Below, piece by piece: positions 1-9,041 of a stretch of 64,000 bases of DNA. Source of the DNA: Chloroflexota bacterium. Lineage in GTDB: Bacteria > Chloroflexota > Limnocylindria > Limnocylindrales > CSP1-4. A program made the translations under genes and the position numbers. The DNA is taken from NCBI GenBank assembly GCA_003141955.1, contig PLOC01000115.1, positions 1,864-65,863 on the forward strand. Reading direction: 5' to 3'. Each line of letters opens with the position of its first letter. Position 1 is the stretch's first letter. The notes beneath the pieces were generated by a model. It saw nothing but the letters and a program-made list of their open reading frames with translations, ran no database searches and was not told where the DNA came from.

Positions 1-1
1 G

Positions 2-1066
2 CTGCTCGTCACCCAGGTCTGCCTGGCCGCGACCAGCGCCATGCTGGCCTTCCTGGCATTCCTGCCCGCCCCGCCGCTGTGGGGCTTCTACGTCGTCGCC
101 TTCGTGGCGGCTGGGCTCGGCGCCGTGGACGCCCCGACGCGCTCGTCCGCGATCCCGCGGCTCGTCCCCAGAGAGCGGCTCCAGGCCGCGATCGCCGTCA
201 ACTCGCTCAGCTCCCAGACCGTCTCCGTCGTCGGGCCGGTCTTCGGCGGCGTCCTCGTCGCGCTGGCCGGAGCGGGCTGGGCCTTCTCGTTCGACGTGGC
301 GACGTTCATGGCCGCGATCGCGGGGGCCCTGCTGATCGCCCCGATCCCGCCCCACCCCGAAGCCCCGCGCCCGAGTCTCAGTTCCGTTGTCGAGGGGCTC
401 CGCTTCGCCCGGTCACGCAAGATCGTGCTGGCCACCTTCGTCATCGACCTCGACGCGATGATCTTCGGCATGCCGAGCTCGCTCTTCCCGCAGCTCGCCC
501 TGACGGTCTTCAACGTCGGCACGGCGGGCTACGGGCTGCTGACCGCGGCGCCGGCGCTGGGCGCGCTCGTGGGCTCGGCGCTGACCGGCTGGACGGCCCA
601 CACTCGCCACCCCGGGCGGGGAGTGGCGGTGTCCGTGGCGGGCTGGGGTGCCGCGATCGCCGCCTTCGGCCTCCTGGCGGCGAGCTTCCCCCTGGCGCTG
701 CTGTTCCTGGCCGTGGCGGGCGGCGCGGACGTCATAAGCGCCGTGCTGCGCAACTCGATCGTCCAGCTCGAGACGCCGGACCCGCTGCGGGGCCGCCTGA
801 TGTCGATCCACACCCTGGTGGTCACGAGCGGTCCGCGCCTGGGCGACGCCGAGGCGGCGGCCGTATCCGCCATCGCCGGGCCGCAGTTTTCGGTGGTCTC
901 CGGCGGCGTGCTCTGCCTGGTGGGCCTGGCCGCGGTGCTGCGGCTCTTCCCGCAGCTGCTGGGCTACGAGGTTGCGCACGGCGATCGGGTCGCGGCCGCC
1001 ACCGGGGCCGCGGCTAGCGGGTCCTCAGCCACCGGGTCCTCAGCCACCGGGTCCGCGCCCAAATAG
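2..1066 (+). CDS. MFS transporter, 3' portion (gene starts upstream of the window)
   Basis: The frame is open from nt 2, with no stop before the first ATG at 41. The product is a multi-TM hydrophobic protein with an MFS-like loop (PRLVPRERLQAAIAVNS). Stop TAG at 1064-1066. Confidence 0.7.
   Translation: MLVTQVCLAATSAMLAFLAFLPAPPLWGFYVVAFVAAGLGAVDAPTRSSAIPRLVPRERLQAAIAVNSLSSQTVSVVGPVFGGVLVALAGAGWAFSFDVATFMAAIAGALLIAPIPPHPEAPRPSLSSVVEGLRFARSRKIVLATFVIDLDAMIFGMPSSLFPQLALTVFNVGTAGYGLLTAAPALGALVGSALTGWTAHTRHPGRGVAVSVAGWGAAIAAFGLLAASFPLALLFLAVAGGADVISAVLRNSIVQLETPDPLRGRLMSIHTLVVTSGPRLGDAEAAAVSAIAGPQFSVVSGGVLCLVGLAAVLRLFPQLLGYEVAHGDRVAAATGAAASGSSATGSSATGSAPK
1019..1054 (+). repeat. In-frame 15-nt tandem repeat (gggtcctcagccacc x2 plus a partial copy) encoding GSSAT repeats in the MFS C-terminal tail
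   Basis: Two perfect copies read directly at 1019-1033 and 1034-1048. Confidence 0.85.
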
Positions 1067-1067
1067 A

Positions 1068-1094
1068 AGAGCCGGCGCTGTTCGCGCCGGCTCT
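1068..1094. terminator. Hairpin terminator between convergent genes
   Basis: AGAGCCGGCGC-tgttc-GCGCCGGCTCT forms a perfect 11-bp GC-rich stem. It lies between the MFS stop (1066) and the VanW stop (1118). On the minus strand it is followed by TTCTATTT. Confidence 0.6.
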
Positions 1095-1117
1095 TGCCTG
1101 GTCTGGGTCAGGGCCGC

Positions 1118-3421
1118 TTACTTGCGGAGGAGCCGCCTGCGCCGTGAGATCGGCACCAGCGCGGCCAGCAGCGGGAGGAAGGTCAGCGGGAGAAAGGCCG
1201 TGGGCGAGGGCGAGGGCGCCGGCGGAGGCGTCGGCGGAGGCGTGGGCGTGGCCGGCGGTTTCGTGGGCGTGGGCGTGGCCGGGCCCGGAGTGGGCGTCGG
1301 GGTCTTCGAAGGCGGAGGCGTTCCCTTGTACGCCAGCAGGCCGTTGACCACCCCGTAATGGGAGTACCACGTGTCGGTGTGGATGACGGCGCCGCTCGCG
1401 TCCTTGACCGTCCGCGTCACCACGGTGTTGAAGCCGTTCGTCGGGTACTCGAAGCGGTAGGGGCTCTTCTCGCCGGGCGGCAGGGCGGCAACGTACTCCG
1501 TGGTGTCCGTGGCCTTGACTATGCTGGTCTTGACGGGCGGGTTCGGCGAGAAGGTCGTCGTGCGCCCGTTCGGCAGGCTCCACAGCTGGACGTAGATCCT
1601 CCTCTTCGATGAGGTGCCGGCGGTCCAGGACCTGATCACGATCGGGTACGGAGTGTCGTTGGTCCAGCGCAGGTTCCAGGTCGTGCTGCCGTTGGAGTAG
1701 ACGGTGGCGTCCAGACCAACCGGGTAGCGGTCGATGTAATAGAAGTGCGCGTGCCGCTCGTCGATCTGGAGCCCCGCCCGCGCCGCGGCGTTGAACATGG
1801 TCGTGGACATGGAGCAGATGCCGCCGCCGACGGCGCCTGTGTGGTTGCTCGCCCCGTTCAGGATGACGCCGCCCATCTTCCAGCCGGTGGCCAGGCTGAT
1901 CGTGCCGACCCGGCCCAGGAAGTTGAACTCCGCCCCGGGAGCCACCACCTGTCCGTTCAGAATGGTGGCCGGGAGGTTGATGTTCACACCGTTGCCGTTG
2001 GACTCACCCGGGAGGTAGACGACGTCCCACGAACCTATGATCACGAAGCCGGTGAGCTGGGGGTTGTCGGCGAGGGTCGGCTGGGTCACGTCCACGACGA
2101 GCGCCACGTCAGTGCTCGCGTTCTCGCCGCCCGAGCCCAGGTTGTCCAGGTAAGCCTCGATGGCCTGAGCGGTGCCGTCCACGTCGAGGGTGAGGCCGGG
2201 CTTGCCCTGGGTCACGCCGTTGGGCTGCCCGGACTTGTAGACGATGTTGGGCTCGACGGCAGCGACGTTGACGTCCTTGGTCAGCGTGCCGACGTAGGTC
2301 AGGACCAGCGCCGGATTGATGACCGGTCCATAGGTTCCGTCAGTTCGGTTGCCGAAGATGATCCAGCTGCGGATCGTGGCCGCGTCGATCGTCCAGGTCT
2401 TGCCGGCGTACGCCAGGGTGAGATCGGCCGACATCTTGTTGGCGCTGTCGATGGCCGCCTGGGCATCCGCGTCGGTCACGTTGGGCTGGACGGTGACGAA
2501 CTTGCCACCGACCTGGATCTGGCTTGGGGCATCGGCGCTGGCCAGTTGGTCGATCAGCCCGGTCGCGATGGTGTTTTCGTCGATGCCGCGGCCGGGGGTG
2601 CCCGGCACCACCGTGAAGTCCGTGCCGCTGACGGAGACGCTGGCATCCGTGGGCGGATCCTGGGTTGAGCCCGTAATCTGGTGGAGCTTAGTTTCGAGGG
2701 CCAGAGGATCCAGCTTGACGATCACCGGGATCTGGACGCCACCCGCGAAGGTGCGAATCGCCGACGTGACGCTGGTGACGGGATTGTCGCCGTGTCCGAC
2801 CGATAGGGCCGCATCCGCCATGGCGGCCGAGTCGGGGGCTCGTCCGGCTTCCTGGTAAGTGATCGTGCCGGTCCCAGTCGGCGTGGTGATGGTGACCTGA
2901 CCCTGCCCGAGTGACGCATAAGCGGAGTCGATGGCGCTGACGGCCTCGTCGCGGGTGAGCCCCGACAGATCCACCGTTCCGGCGTGGACGCCGGGCATGA
3001 TCTTGCCGTCGTAGGCCTGCGAAAGCCCCAGAACGGCGGCGGAGGCGAGGATGAGCGCGCCGAACACCCCGATGGTGAAGCCGACCACGAATCGCACCGT
3101 GGCCATGGACATCCCGGAGTGCGGCTTGGACGCCGTCCGAGACCTGGCGCGCCTGGCCGCCGCAACGGTCACTTTATCGGTCGCGGCCGACCCGTTCGAA
3201 CCGTTGCCCGACCCGTTGGAGCCGTTGCCCGAACCGTTCGAGGTCGGCAGCGTGGTGGCGGTGCCGCGGACCGACTGGCCGGCCGGAGCGGAGCGAACCG
3301 CGGACGCCGTCTTGCGCGCCGGCGTGCCCGATTCGTCCCACCAGCCCGGGCCTTCCCAGCCCTGAGGGTGCGACGCACTCGGCTTGGCTTGGTTACTTGG
3401 CTCGTGGGAGTCCCAGGTCAT
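1118..3421 (-). CDS. VanW-domain envelope protein with an N-terminal TM anchor and a Pro/Thr-rich C-terminus
   Basis: VanW-type core (GGGICSMSTTMFNAAARAGLQIDERHAHFYYIDRYPVGLDATVY). One TM helix (FVVGFTIGVFGALILASAAVLGL). GAAGGA RBS upstream of the ATG at 3421. Imperfect 21-nt repeat at ~3188-3245 (NGSGNGS). Confidence 0.85.
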   Translation of the reverse strand: MTWDSHEPSNQAKPSASHPQGWEGPGWWDESGTPARKTASAVRSAPAGQSVRGTATTLPTSNGSGNGSNGSGNGSNGSAATDKVTVAAARRARSRTASKPHSGMSMATVRFVVGFTIGVFGALILASAAVLGLSQAYDGKIMPGVHAGTVDLSGLTRDEAVSAIDSAYASLGQGQVTITTPTGTGTITYQEAGRAPDSAAMADAALSVGHGDNPVTSVTSAIRTFAGGVQIPVIVKLDPLALETKLHQITGSTQDPPTDASVSVSGTDFTVVPGTPGRGIDENTIATGLIDQLASADAPSQIQVGGKFVTVQPNVTDADAQAAIDSANKMSADLTLAYAGKTWTIDAATIRSWIIFGNRTDGTYGPVINPALVLTYVGTLTKDVNVAAVEPNIVYKSGQPNGVTQGKPGLTLDVDGTAQAIEAYLDNLGSGGENASTDVALVVDVTQPTLADNPQLTGFVIIGSWDVVYLPGESNGNGVNINLPATILNGQVVAPGAEFNFLGRVGTISLATGWKMGGVILNGASNHTGAVGGGICSMSTTMFNAAARAGLQIDERHAHFYYIDRYPVGLDATVYSNGSTTWNLRWTNDTPYPIVIRSWTAGTSSKRRIYVQLWSLPNGRTTTFSPNPPVKTSIVKATDTTEYVAALPPGEKSPYRFEYPTNGFNTVVTRTVKDASGAVIHTDTWYSHYGVVNGLLAYKGTPPPSKTPTPTPGPATPTPTKPPATPTPPPTPPPAPSPSPTAFLPLTFLPLLAALVPISRRRRLLRK

Positions 3422-3664
3422 AATCGTTCCTTCTGTCGCGCCGATTGATTCGTGGTGGGGGGCGGCGCTGGACGGCAGGGGCTAGCTGGACCCTAGGCGG
3501 TCACGCCCGGGCGCGCGATAGACGCACGACCTGGCGTTACCGTGACGCCGTCTTCCACATGATAAATGAGCGCGCCGATATCGTTTGCCACTCCCCAAAG
3601 AGGGAGCGACGCGTCCGGGCCTTGCCCAACGACGGTTGCCCATCGTTTCCTGGGGCGGGATTGT

Positions 3665-4765
3665 CTACAGTTCTCGCGGAAGCACCACCACGCGACGATT
3701 GGGTTCTTCACCGATTGACTGCGTGGCCACCTTGTCGTGGTCGCGCAGGGCGAGATGGATCCAGCGCCTTTCGAGAGCCGGCATCGGCTCGAGCTGGAGC
3801 ATCTTGCCCGTTTCCATCACGCGCTCGGCGGCGCGATTGGCCAGGTCGCGGAGCTGGCGCTCGCGGCGGCCTCGGTAATCCTCGACGTCGACGAGGATTC
3901 GCGTCCACTCGCCGACCTTCTTGGACAACAGCAGGTTCACGAGGTGCTGCAGGGCGGACAGGCGCTCGCCCTTGCGCCCGATGAGCGCGCCGAGCGATTC
4001 CTTCTCGGCGCCCTCGCCAACCACGTTGAGGCGGTTCGTTTCGCCGGCCTTGATCTCCACGCGGACGTGGAAATCGAGCTGGGCCATGAGATTTTCGAGG
4101 ATCTCCTTGGCCGCGGCCATCGCCTCGGGCGTGACCTCGGCGGACTCGGGTCGCTCGATCGGCGGGGCGACGCGCGCGGCGGCGACCTCCTCGAGTTCTT
4201 TGGCGGTCAGGGCGGCCTGCGGTGCGGGTCGTCCATCCGGGCGCGGGCCACGCGCGCCGCCGTCCGGGCGGCGGCCACGGTCGCGGTCGAATTGCCCTCC
4301 GCCGGGCGCACGATCCGGACGACCGCCGGCGGCGGGGCGGGGCGATCCACCGCGCATAGGAGCGCCTTCGGGGCGGGGTGGCCGCGGGCCGCGGTCGCGA
4401 TCGAAGCCACCACGGTCACCACCGCGATCACCGCCGCGGTCGCCCCATGCAGGACGGCTGCCACGGTCGAAGCCGCGGTCGCGGTCGTGATGCGGGCGAT
4501 CCTCGCGGTCCCGGGCGGGTGGGGGCGGCAGCGGAACCTGGGCCGCGGCCTCGCGCTTGGGGGTGGAGCCGCCAAGCGCGGATCGGGGCGCTGCCAGGAC
4601 GCGGGCCGGCTCGGCGCCCATGCCGAGGACGCCGCGGCTGCCGGGCGTCAGGATCTCGAAGTCGAGCTCGTTGAGGTCCACACCGAATTCGTCGCGAGCC
4701 GCGCGGAGGGCCTCCTCCGGAGTCTTGCCGGTGAACTCGCGGTATGCGTCGCGGTAGCTACTCAT
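3665..4765 (-). CDS. jag: Jag/KhpB-type RNA-binding protein (Jag_N, KH, R3H) with a long Arg/Gly/Asp-rich insert
   Basis: N-terminus MSSYRDAYREFTGKTPEEALRAARDEFGV matches Jag_N. The C-terminus (ERRWIHLALRDHDKVATQSIGEEPNRRVVV) is R3H-like. The ATG at 4765 lies 1 nt after the yidC stop; the ORF-track start at 4954 would overlap yidC. Confidence 0.85.
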   Translation of the reverse strand: MSSYRDAYREFTGKTPEEALRAARDEFGVDLNELDFEILTPGSRGVLGMGAEPARVLAAPRSALGGSTPKREAAAQVPLPPPPARDREDRPHHDRDRGFDRGSRPAWGDRGGDRGGDRGGFDRDRGPRPPRPEGAPMRGGSPRPAAGGRPDRAPGGGQFDRDRGRRPDGGARGPRPDGRPAPQAALTAKELEEVAAARVAPPIERPESAEVTPEAMAAAKEILENLMAQLDFHVRVEIKAGETNRLNVVGEGAEKESLGALIGRKGERLSALQHLVNLLLSKKVGEWTRILVDVEDYRGRRERQLRDLANRAAERVMETGKMLQLEPMPALERRWIHLALRDHDKVATQSIGEEPNRRVVVLPREL

Positions 4766-4766
4766 G

Positions 4767-6002
4767 TCAGCGTCGTCTCCCTCGCCGGCTCGATCGCCGG
4801 TGCGTATTGGGCCGAACCGTTGAGGCCGCCGATGCCCACCGCTCCTCCGGCTTGTACCGGGTTGCGGCCAGCGACTTGCCCGCATTCGCTGGCTCGGGCA
4901 TGGTGACCGGGAACCTTGGAGTGTAGTTTTGCGCGAAGCCCGGGGTCCGTCCAAAGAGCGGGAACAACGCGCCCCATCCGACGATCAGGAACTGCTGCAC
5001 GATCGAGAACACCGAAGTAACGATCCAGTAGATGAACAGACCGGCGGGAAGGATCCCGCCGTACAGGATCGAGATGAGGGGCATGAAGATCATCATGCTG
5101 CGCTGAGTGCTGGCCGAGGGATCGTTCTCGGCATTGGGCGGCATCATCATCCGGCTCTGAACCATCTGAAGCGCCGCGGCGGCGAGAGCCAGGAGGCTCA
5201 CCCCGAGAGCCCACCCGTTGATACCGAGTGGCAGGCTGAAGAGGACCTGCTCCTTGCCCATGTCGATGCCCGCGATGACGGTGTTGATGCACGGCAGGGC
5301 CTTGTCCAGGACGCCGTTCACATAGTGGGCCGGGTTCGGGCAGGTGAGTGGCACGACCTTCTGGCCGAAAACGGTCAGCATCGCATTCGGGTCGAAGTTG
5401 GTCAGTCCGATGCGGATGACCGAGTACATGGGGATGAGCATCCCCATCTGCAGCAGGCTCGGGAGGCAGCCGGCGGTCGGACTGACGCCTCGCTCCTTGT
5501 AGAACTCCTGCTGGGCCTGATACACGGCCTGGCGATCGCCCTTGTAGCGGCGCTGGAGTTCCTTTTGCATGCTCTTGAGCTCGGGCTGAAGACGCTGCAT
5601 GCGCTGCTGGGAGGCGAGCTGGCGGGCCGACAGCTTGACCGTCGCAAGCCGGATGATCAGCGTCAGGAGCACGATCGCGATCAGGACATTGCCAGTGAGC
5701 ACGTACAGCCAGGTCAGCAGGATGAAGAGGGCCTGGAATATGGGCGTGAAGAGCCAACTGAGGAAGCTGAACGGGTCGGTTGGGGCGGCCGCCGCCAGGG
5801 GCAGGGGCACTGGCGTGGGGCTGGGCGACGGAGAGGTGGCCAACCCGCCGGCTCCAGGCGAAGCGATCGCCGAGGCGGCGGCGCCGGCGGACGGCCCCGA
5901 GCTGGAGCTGGCCGTGCCCGCGCCGGCGCACGCTACTACGGCGAGCGCGACGAGCACGACGAAGAGCCCGAGCACGAGCCAGCGCGCCCGGGCCATGGAC
6001 AT
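4767..6002 (-). CDS. yidC: Membrane protein insertase YidC (Gram-positive lipoprotein type)
   Basis: Conserved YidC core (LSARQLASQQRMQRLQPELKSMQKE...GCLPSLLQMGMLIPMY). Signal peptide with a lipobox-like VVAC. Start chosen at MSMARARW (6002), since the upstream part of the ORF overlaps yidD. Confidence 0.9.
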   Translation of the reverse strand: MSMARARWLVLGLFVVLVALAVVACAGAGTASSSSGPSAGAAASAIASPGAGGLATSPSPSPTPVPLPLAAAAPTDPFSFLSWLFTPIFQALFILLTWLYVLTGNVLIAIVLLTLIIRLATVKLSARQLASQQRMQRLQPELKSMQKELQRRYKGDRQAVYQAQQEFYKERGVSPTAGCLPSLLQMGMLIPMYSVIRIGLTNFDPNAMLTVFGQKVVPLTCPNPAHYVNGVLDKALPCINTVIAGIDMGKEQVLFSLPLGINGWALGVSLLALAAAALQMVQSRMMMPPNAENDPSASTQRSMMIFMPLISILYGGILPAGLFIYWIVTSVFSIVQQFLIVGWGALFPLFGRTPGFAQNYTPRFPVTMPEPANAGKSLAATRYKPEERWASAASTVRPNTHRRSSRRGRRR

Positions 6003-6021
6003 GCGCTTTCGAGAGCTCACG

Positions 6022-6228
6022 CTAGCGAACTGGGTCGTAGCCACCGCGACTCCACGGGTGGCAGCGAGCGATTCGACGCATTCCCATCCAGCTCCCTCGA
6101 AACAGACCGTATTTGGCGATCGCCTGCTCGGTGTAGACCGAACAGGTCGGCTCATAGCGACAGACCGACGGGCGCCAGGCGAAAAGGCGGCGGTAGAGCC
6201 TGATGAGCCCGATGCCGACCGTTTTCAC
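6022..6228 (-). CDS. yidD: Membrane protein insertion efficiency factor YidD
   Basis: [19 protein letters not shown]...[13 protein letters not shown] signature. The GTG start overlaps the rnpA stop (GTGA). Confidence 0.9.
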   Translation of the reverse strand: MKTVGIGLIRLYRRLFAWRPSVCRYEPTCSVYTEQAIAKYGLFRGSWMGMRRIARCHPWSRGGYDPVR

Positions 6229-6560
6229 GTGACGGTCCGCCCTCCGAGAACGCCTCCTCGGCGGAGGAGACTGTGCAGGGCTCCCGTCAACGCTTGGTAA
6301 TCTGCTGCGATGACGGGCTGTCGGGCGATGATCAGAACGTCCCAGCCGGGCCGGAACGAGGGCGCCATCACCCTTAGCGCCTCACGGAGTCGCCGGCGGA
6401 TTCGGTTCCGGACGACCGCTCCGCCGAGCTTGCGTCCTGTAGAGAGCCCGAATCGCGTCTCCTCGAGGTCATTCCGGCGGATTCGGACGACGAGCAGGGG
6501 ATTGGACCGGATTGATCCTTGACCCTGCAGTGCGGCGAAGTCCTCCAGGCTGGAGAGCAT
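6225..6560 (-). CDS. rnpA: Ribonuclease P protein component
   Basis: Lies between rpmH and yid[26 protein letters not shown] motif. Start uncertain: ATG at 6560 or GTG at 6563. The ORF-track start at 6752 would overlap rpmH. Confidence 0.8.
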   Translation of the reverse strand: MLSSLEDFAALQGQGSIRSNPLLVVRIRRNDLEETRFGLSTGRKLGGAVVRNRIRRRLREALRVMAPSFRPGWDVLIIARQPVIAADYQALTGALHSLLRRGGVLGGRTVT

Positions 6561-6595
6561 CACCAGCCGCGGCGAGTTATGGCCGCGGTCCGCCG

Positions 6596-6730
6596 TCAGA
6601 CCGTCAGCTTCTTGCGGCCGTGGGCGCGGCGTGCGGCCAGCACGCGACGTCCCCCGGTGGTCTTCATCCGGGCGCGGAAGCCGTGCTCTTTTGCGCGATG
6701 CCGCTTCTTGGGCTGATAGGTCTGCTTCAT
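6596..6730 (-). CDS. rpmH: 50S ribosomal protein L34
   Basis: [44 protein letters not shown], 44 aa, a near-consensus L34. Confidence 0.95.
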   Translation of the reverse strand: MKQTYQPKKRHRAKEHGFRARMKTTGGRRVLAARRAHGRKKLTV

Positions 6731-6833
6731 CGGACGGCGGGTATCTCTCCATTCGGCCTCGGGGTCAGGATACCCCGAAAGGCACGCGAACGCGCCTGGC
6801 GCCACAAGAGCGCTTCAGCGCGTCTGCCGGCGG

Positions 6834-6863
6834 ATTATATGAACGTGACACACAGAGTGTCAA
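6834..6863 (-). promoter_or_regulatory. Consensus sigma-70/SigA-type promoter for the rpmH operon
   Basis: The minus strand reads TTGACA (6863-6858), an 18-nt spacer, then TATAAT (6839-6834), ~100 nt upstream of the rpmH ATG. Perfect hexamers are conspicuous in ~70% GC DNA. Confidence 0.6.
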
Positions 6864-7169
6864 ACCATGGGGCCGTGACGGCACCCGAAGGGTCGCCGGG
6901 AAGGGTCGGTCGCCCGATACTCCCCGGGAGTATACGATTCGGATCGGGCAGAAGCCTTGCCGGGGCCGCCGGGGCGGTGCTATTCTTCGGCGGCCCGCGG
7001 CGCCAGACAACCCCAGGGCCACGGCCCGGAGGGACCGTGAGGACCGCCAGACTGCTCCGGAGGAGAGCCTGATCGGTCGAGCTCACGGCGCCGAAAGGTA
7101 AAAGCGGAAGCGGGCGTCCGTCACGATTCCGGCTATCCATCTCCGTCTCTTGGGACCAAGCCTGCCTCG

Positions 7170-8567
7170 ATGGACGCAAAGCAAGTCTGGCGCGCAGCAC
7201 TCGGAGAGCTTCAGGTTTCTCTGTCTCCGGCCAACTTCGAGACGTGGCTCCGCGATACGGTGCTCGTCGACGTGGACGACAACCACTTCAGGATCGCGGT
7301 CCCCAACGGCTTCGCCAAGGACTGGCTGGAGACACGCTACCGGTCGCTGATCTCCCAGACGCTGGCCCGCATCGTCGGGTACAGCGTCCAGGTCGAGTTC
7401 GTGGTTCGCCCGGCCGGCGAGACGCCCGGCGCGGCCGCGGGCAACGGCTCGAACGGCGCGGCCGCGGGCAACGGCTCGGCGCCGGCTTCGTCGCAGCCTG
7501 TCCGGGTCGAGGCCACGCGCGCCGGGGCGCCCGAGGGGGCCTCCACCAACATCAACGCGCGCTACACCTTCTCGAATTTCATCGTCGGGTCGGCGAACCG
7601 CCTTGCCCACGCGGCCAGTCTCTCGGTCGCGGAGCGGCCCGGCCACGCCTACAACCCGCTCTTCCTGTACGGCGGCGTGGGCCTGGGCAAGACACACCTG
7701 ATGCACGCCATCGGCAACGCGGTCATTGCCCGCTACCCGCGCAAGCGCGTCGTGTACGCGACCAGCGAGAAATTCACCAACGAGTTCATCACCAGCATCC
7801 AGCAGGGCAAGATCGACGAATTCCGGGCGCGCTACCGCCGGATCGACCTCCTCCTCATCGACGACATCCAGTTCATCGCCGACAAGGAGCGGACCCAGGA
7901 GGAGTTCTTCCACACGTTCAATGCCATCCACGAGGATGGCAAGCAGATCGTGCTGTCGTCGGATCGGCCGCCCAAGGCGATCCTGACGCTGGAGGAGCGG
8001 CTCCGCAGCCGCTTCGAATGGGGCCTCATCGCGGACCTGACCGCGCCGGACCTGGAGACCCGAATCGCCATCCTTCGCGCCAAGGCGGAGGAGCAGGCCG
8101 TGCCGGTCAGCTCGGACGTGCTGGAGTTCATCGCCCGCAAGGTCGTCAGCAACATCCGCGAGCTCGAAGGCGCCCTCAATCGGATCGTCGCCTACGCCAG
8201 CATGGGCGCGGTGCCGATCACGATCGAGCTGGCCCAGGCGGTCCTTTCGAACGTCCTCTACAACCCCAAGAAGCGCCAGGTCACGCCCGAGCGGATCACT
8301 CGCGCGGTGTCCGACTACTACGGCGTCCAGATCGAGGCCCTGAAGGGCCAGAAGCGGGACAAGGCGATCGTGGTGCCGCGCCAGATCGCGATGTTCCTGA
8401 TGCGCGAGGAGACGGATGTCTCGCTGCTGCGTATCGGGGCCGAGCTGGGCGGCCGCGACCACTCCACGGTCCTGCACGCCTGCGACAAGATCAATCGCGA
8501 GATGGGTATCAACGATGAGCTGCGGCGGGAGCTGGCGGCCGTCCGGGAGCTCATCTACGCGGAATAG
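7170..8567 (+). CDS. dnaA: Chromosomal replication initiator DnaA
   Basis: Walker A (GGVGLGKTHLMHA), LLIDDIQF, and a C-terminal DNA-binding domain (VVPRQIAMFLMRE...GGRDHSTVLHA). Confidence 0.97.
   Translation: MDAKQVWRAALGELQVSLSPANFETWLRDTVLVDVDDNHFRIAVPNGFAKDWLETRYRSLISQTLARIVGYSVQVEFVVRPAGETPGAAAGNGSNGAAAGNGSAPASSQPVRVEATRAGAPEGASTNINARYTFSNFIVGSANRLAHAASLSVAERPGHAYNPLFLYGGVGLGKTHLMHAIGNAVIARYPRKRVVYATSEKFTNEFITSIQQGKIDEFRARYRRIDLLLIDDIQFIADKERTQEEFFHTFNAIHEDGKQIVLSSDRPPKAILTLEERLRSRFEWGLIADLTAPDLETRIAILRAKAEEQAVPVSSDVLEFIARKVVSNIRELEGALNRIVAYASMGAVPITIELAQAVLSNVLYNPKKRQVTPERITRAVSDYYGVQIEALKGQKRDKAIVVPRQIAMFLMREETDVSLLRIGAELGGRDHSTVLHACDKINREMGINDELRRELAAVRELIYAE
7431..7478 (+). repeat. 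In-frame 27-nt-period tandem duplication in the dnaA domain I/III linker (AAAGNGS x2)
   Basis: gcggccgcgggcaacggctcg occurs at 7431-7451 and again at 7458-7478. Confidence 0.85.
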
Positions 8568-8675
8568 GGCCGCCGTTCAGCGTCTGGATCGGGCGGCCAG
8601 ATGCTTGGTTGCTCCCTGCGCTCCTCGCTCCCGGACGTCCAAGTCCGCTCGCTCCGGCGCTCGAACGGCCCGCGG

Positions 8676-8975
8676 CGTGGATAACCGGCCCCAAACCGTG
8701 GATAACCGTGGTCGGGCGTGGAGAAACTCGGCCCGCACGGCGGATGCCGGAGTGGTTGAATCACCGCCCCGAGAGGCCGGCGCCCGAAGCGAGGCCGCCC
8801 TCTCCACTGCACTGAAATACATCCATCCCCAATCCGACTCAGTCCATCCACCATCAGCCGGGACACTTCCACCGCCGACCTGAGCGTGGCCACGTGGCGA
8901 ACGCACACTCTCCACACCATGATGATGGTGATGACGGGATGAGAAGATAGATGGACAATCAACCAAGAGTAGGAT
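8676..8975. other. Candidate oriC (DnaA-box cluster plus AT-richer unwinding region) in the dnaA-dnaN spacer
   Basis: CGTGGATAA at 8676-8684 and 8697-8705 (8/9 to TGTGGATAA) and CGTGGAGAA at 8717-8725. Opposite-orientation degenerate boxes, e.g. CTCTCCACA at 8908-8916. The locally AT-richest stretch is ~8917-8975 (atgatgatggtgatgac...gagaagatagatggacaatcaaccaagag). Confidence 0.6.
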
Positions 8976-9041
8976 CGCGCTGCCCGTCACCCAGCTACCC
9001 GATCTGCCCGCCGTGTCCGACCTCAGGGGAGTGAAGCCGAA

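Noticed and set aside
6917-6933. Small palindromes in the rpmH-dnaA spacer (ATACTCC-ccg-GGAGTAT at 6917-6933 and GCCGCCG…CGGCGGC at ~6962-6990) as possible DnaA-related or regulatory sites.
   Set aside because: They do not resemble DnaA boxes or a known operator. They are short and lack flanking context. They are noted only as possible leader structure and are not supportable as features.
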